From NCBI GenBank assembly GCA_947449305.1, contig CANFRA010000001.1, positions 6,422 to 70,421 on the forward strand: a stretch of DNA of 64,000 nucleotides, read 5' to 3'. Under the pieces are notes generated by a model. That model worked only from the letters and a program-made list of their open reading frames with translations, made no database searches and had not been told where the DNA came from. This document shows positions 63,623 through 64,000 of this stretch, piece by piece. Position numbers and translations under genes: made by a program. Every line of letters starts with the position of its first letter. Positions within the stretch are counted from its first letter, which is position 1. Source of the stretch: Burkholderiaceae bacterium (GTDB taxonomy: Bacteria > Pseudomonadota > Gammaproteobacteria > Burkholderiales > Burkholderiaceae).

Positions 63623-64000
63623 TTGGAAATCACTCGTATCCGGATGCTGCGCGGACCCAATTTATGGAGCCGCCATACTTCATTGGAGGCGATTGTTTCG
63701 TGCGAAGAATCTGAACGCTCGATTGACTCCATCCCCCAATTTGAAAATAAGATTCGCGAGCGCTTTCCGCAACTTGGAAGCATGCGTCGTGGCGCCCCTA
63801 ATGAAAAACTGTCTCTAGCACACGCTTTAGAATACGCCGCCCTAGGATTACAAGCACAAGCTGGCTGCCCCGTCACCTTTAGTCGTACAGTTCAAACTAT
63901 TGATATTGGCGTTTATCAAGTGATTGTGGAATACACCGAAGAGGTTGTAGGTCGCATGGCTTTTGACTTTGCCTTTGCTCTCATTCAAGCCACATTGAAT
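63623..64000 (+). CDS. cphA: Second cyanophycin synthetase (5' part, runs off window)
   Basis: Manual translation from TTG 63623: (M)EITRIRMLRGPNLWSRHTSLEAIV...LAHALEYAALGLQAQAGCPVTFSRT...GVYQVIVEYTEE. Confidence 0.88.
   Translation, partial: MEITRIRMLRGPNLWSRHTSLEAIVSCEESERSIDSIPQFENKIRERFPQLGSMRRGAPNEKLSLAHALEYAALGLQAQAGCPVTFSRTVQTIDIGVYQVIVEYTEEVVGRMAFDFAFALIQATLN

Overview
About 64 kb of a betaproteobacterial chromosome, most likely Burkholderiaceae and Polynucleobacter-like (inferred from moderate GC, compact gene spacing, Bug/TctC receptors, and the trxB-ftsK-lolA-serS and nadE-glnB blocks). Most of the window is core or metabolic DNA: fccAB-type sulfide dehydrogenase, an organic/sugar-acid catabolic cluster, cbpAM, uup, serS/lolA/ftsK/trxB, hppA/ppa/nadE/glnB, ilvD, a DUF2946-TonB receptor-BNR-TlpA-DUF2244-PCuAC copper-type operon, tctCBA, tRNA-Thr and a two-gene cyanophycin synthetase locus. 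The most informative part is a ~9.8 kb island (24421-34240) integrated at the 3' end of tRNA-Ser(CGA) and bounded by a 16-bp direct repeat. The DNA suggests it is composite. Module A (~5.8 kb) is a minimal phage-satellite-like element (int, ORF, alpA, primase-helicase, two small ORFs, no capsid or terminase). It ends at a hidden degenerate att site at 30187 that has the same TTGGTAAC arm repeats and 43-bp offset as the tRNA-proximal end. Module B (~4 kb) is integrase-less cargo (autotransporter plus two-component system). Module A also shows a duplicated 27-bp palindromic operator, a 12-bp hairpin burying the alpA start codon and an iteron-like origin. Other oddities are an in-frame internally deleted Bug mini-gene, an antitoxin-like ORF between duplicated terminators, a DUF2946 leader with AAPP instead of RAPP, and complementary active-site loss in the two CphA paralogues. 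All calls come from reading the sequence; no database searches were run.
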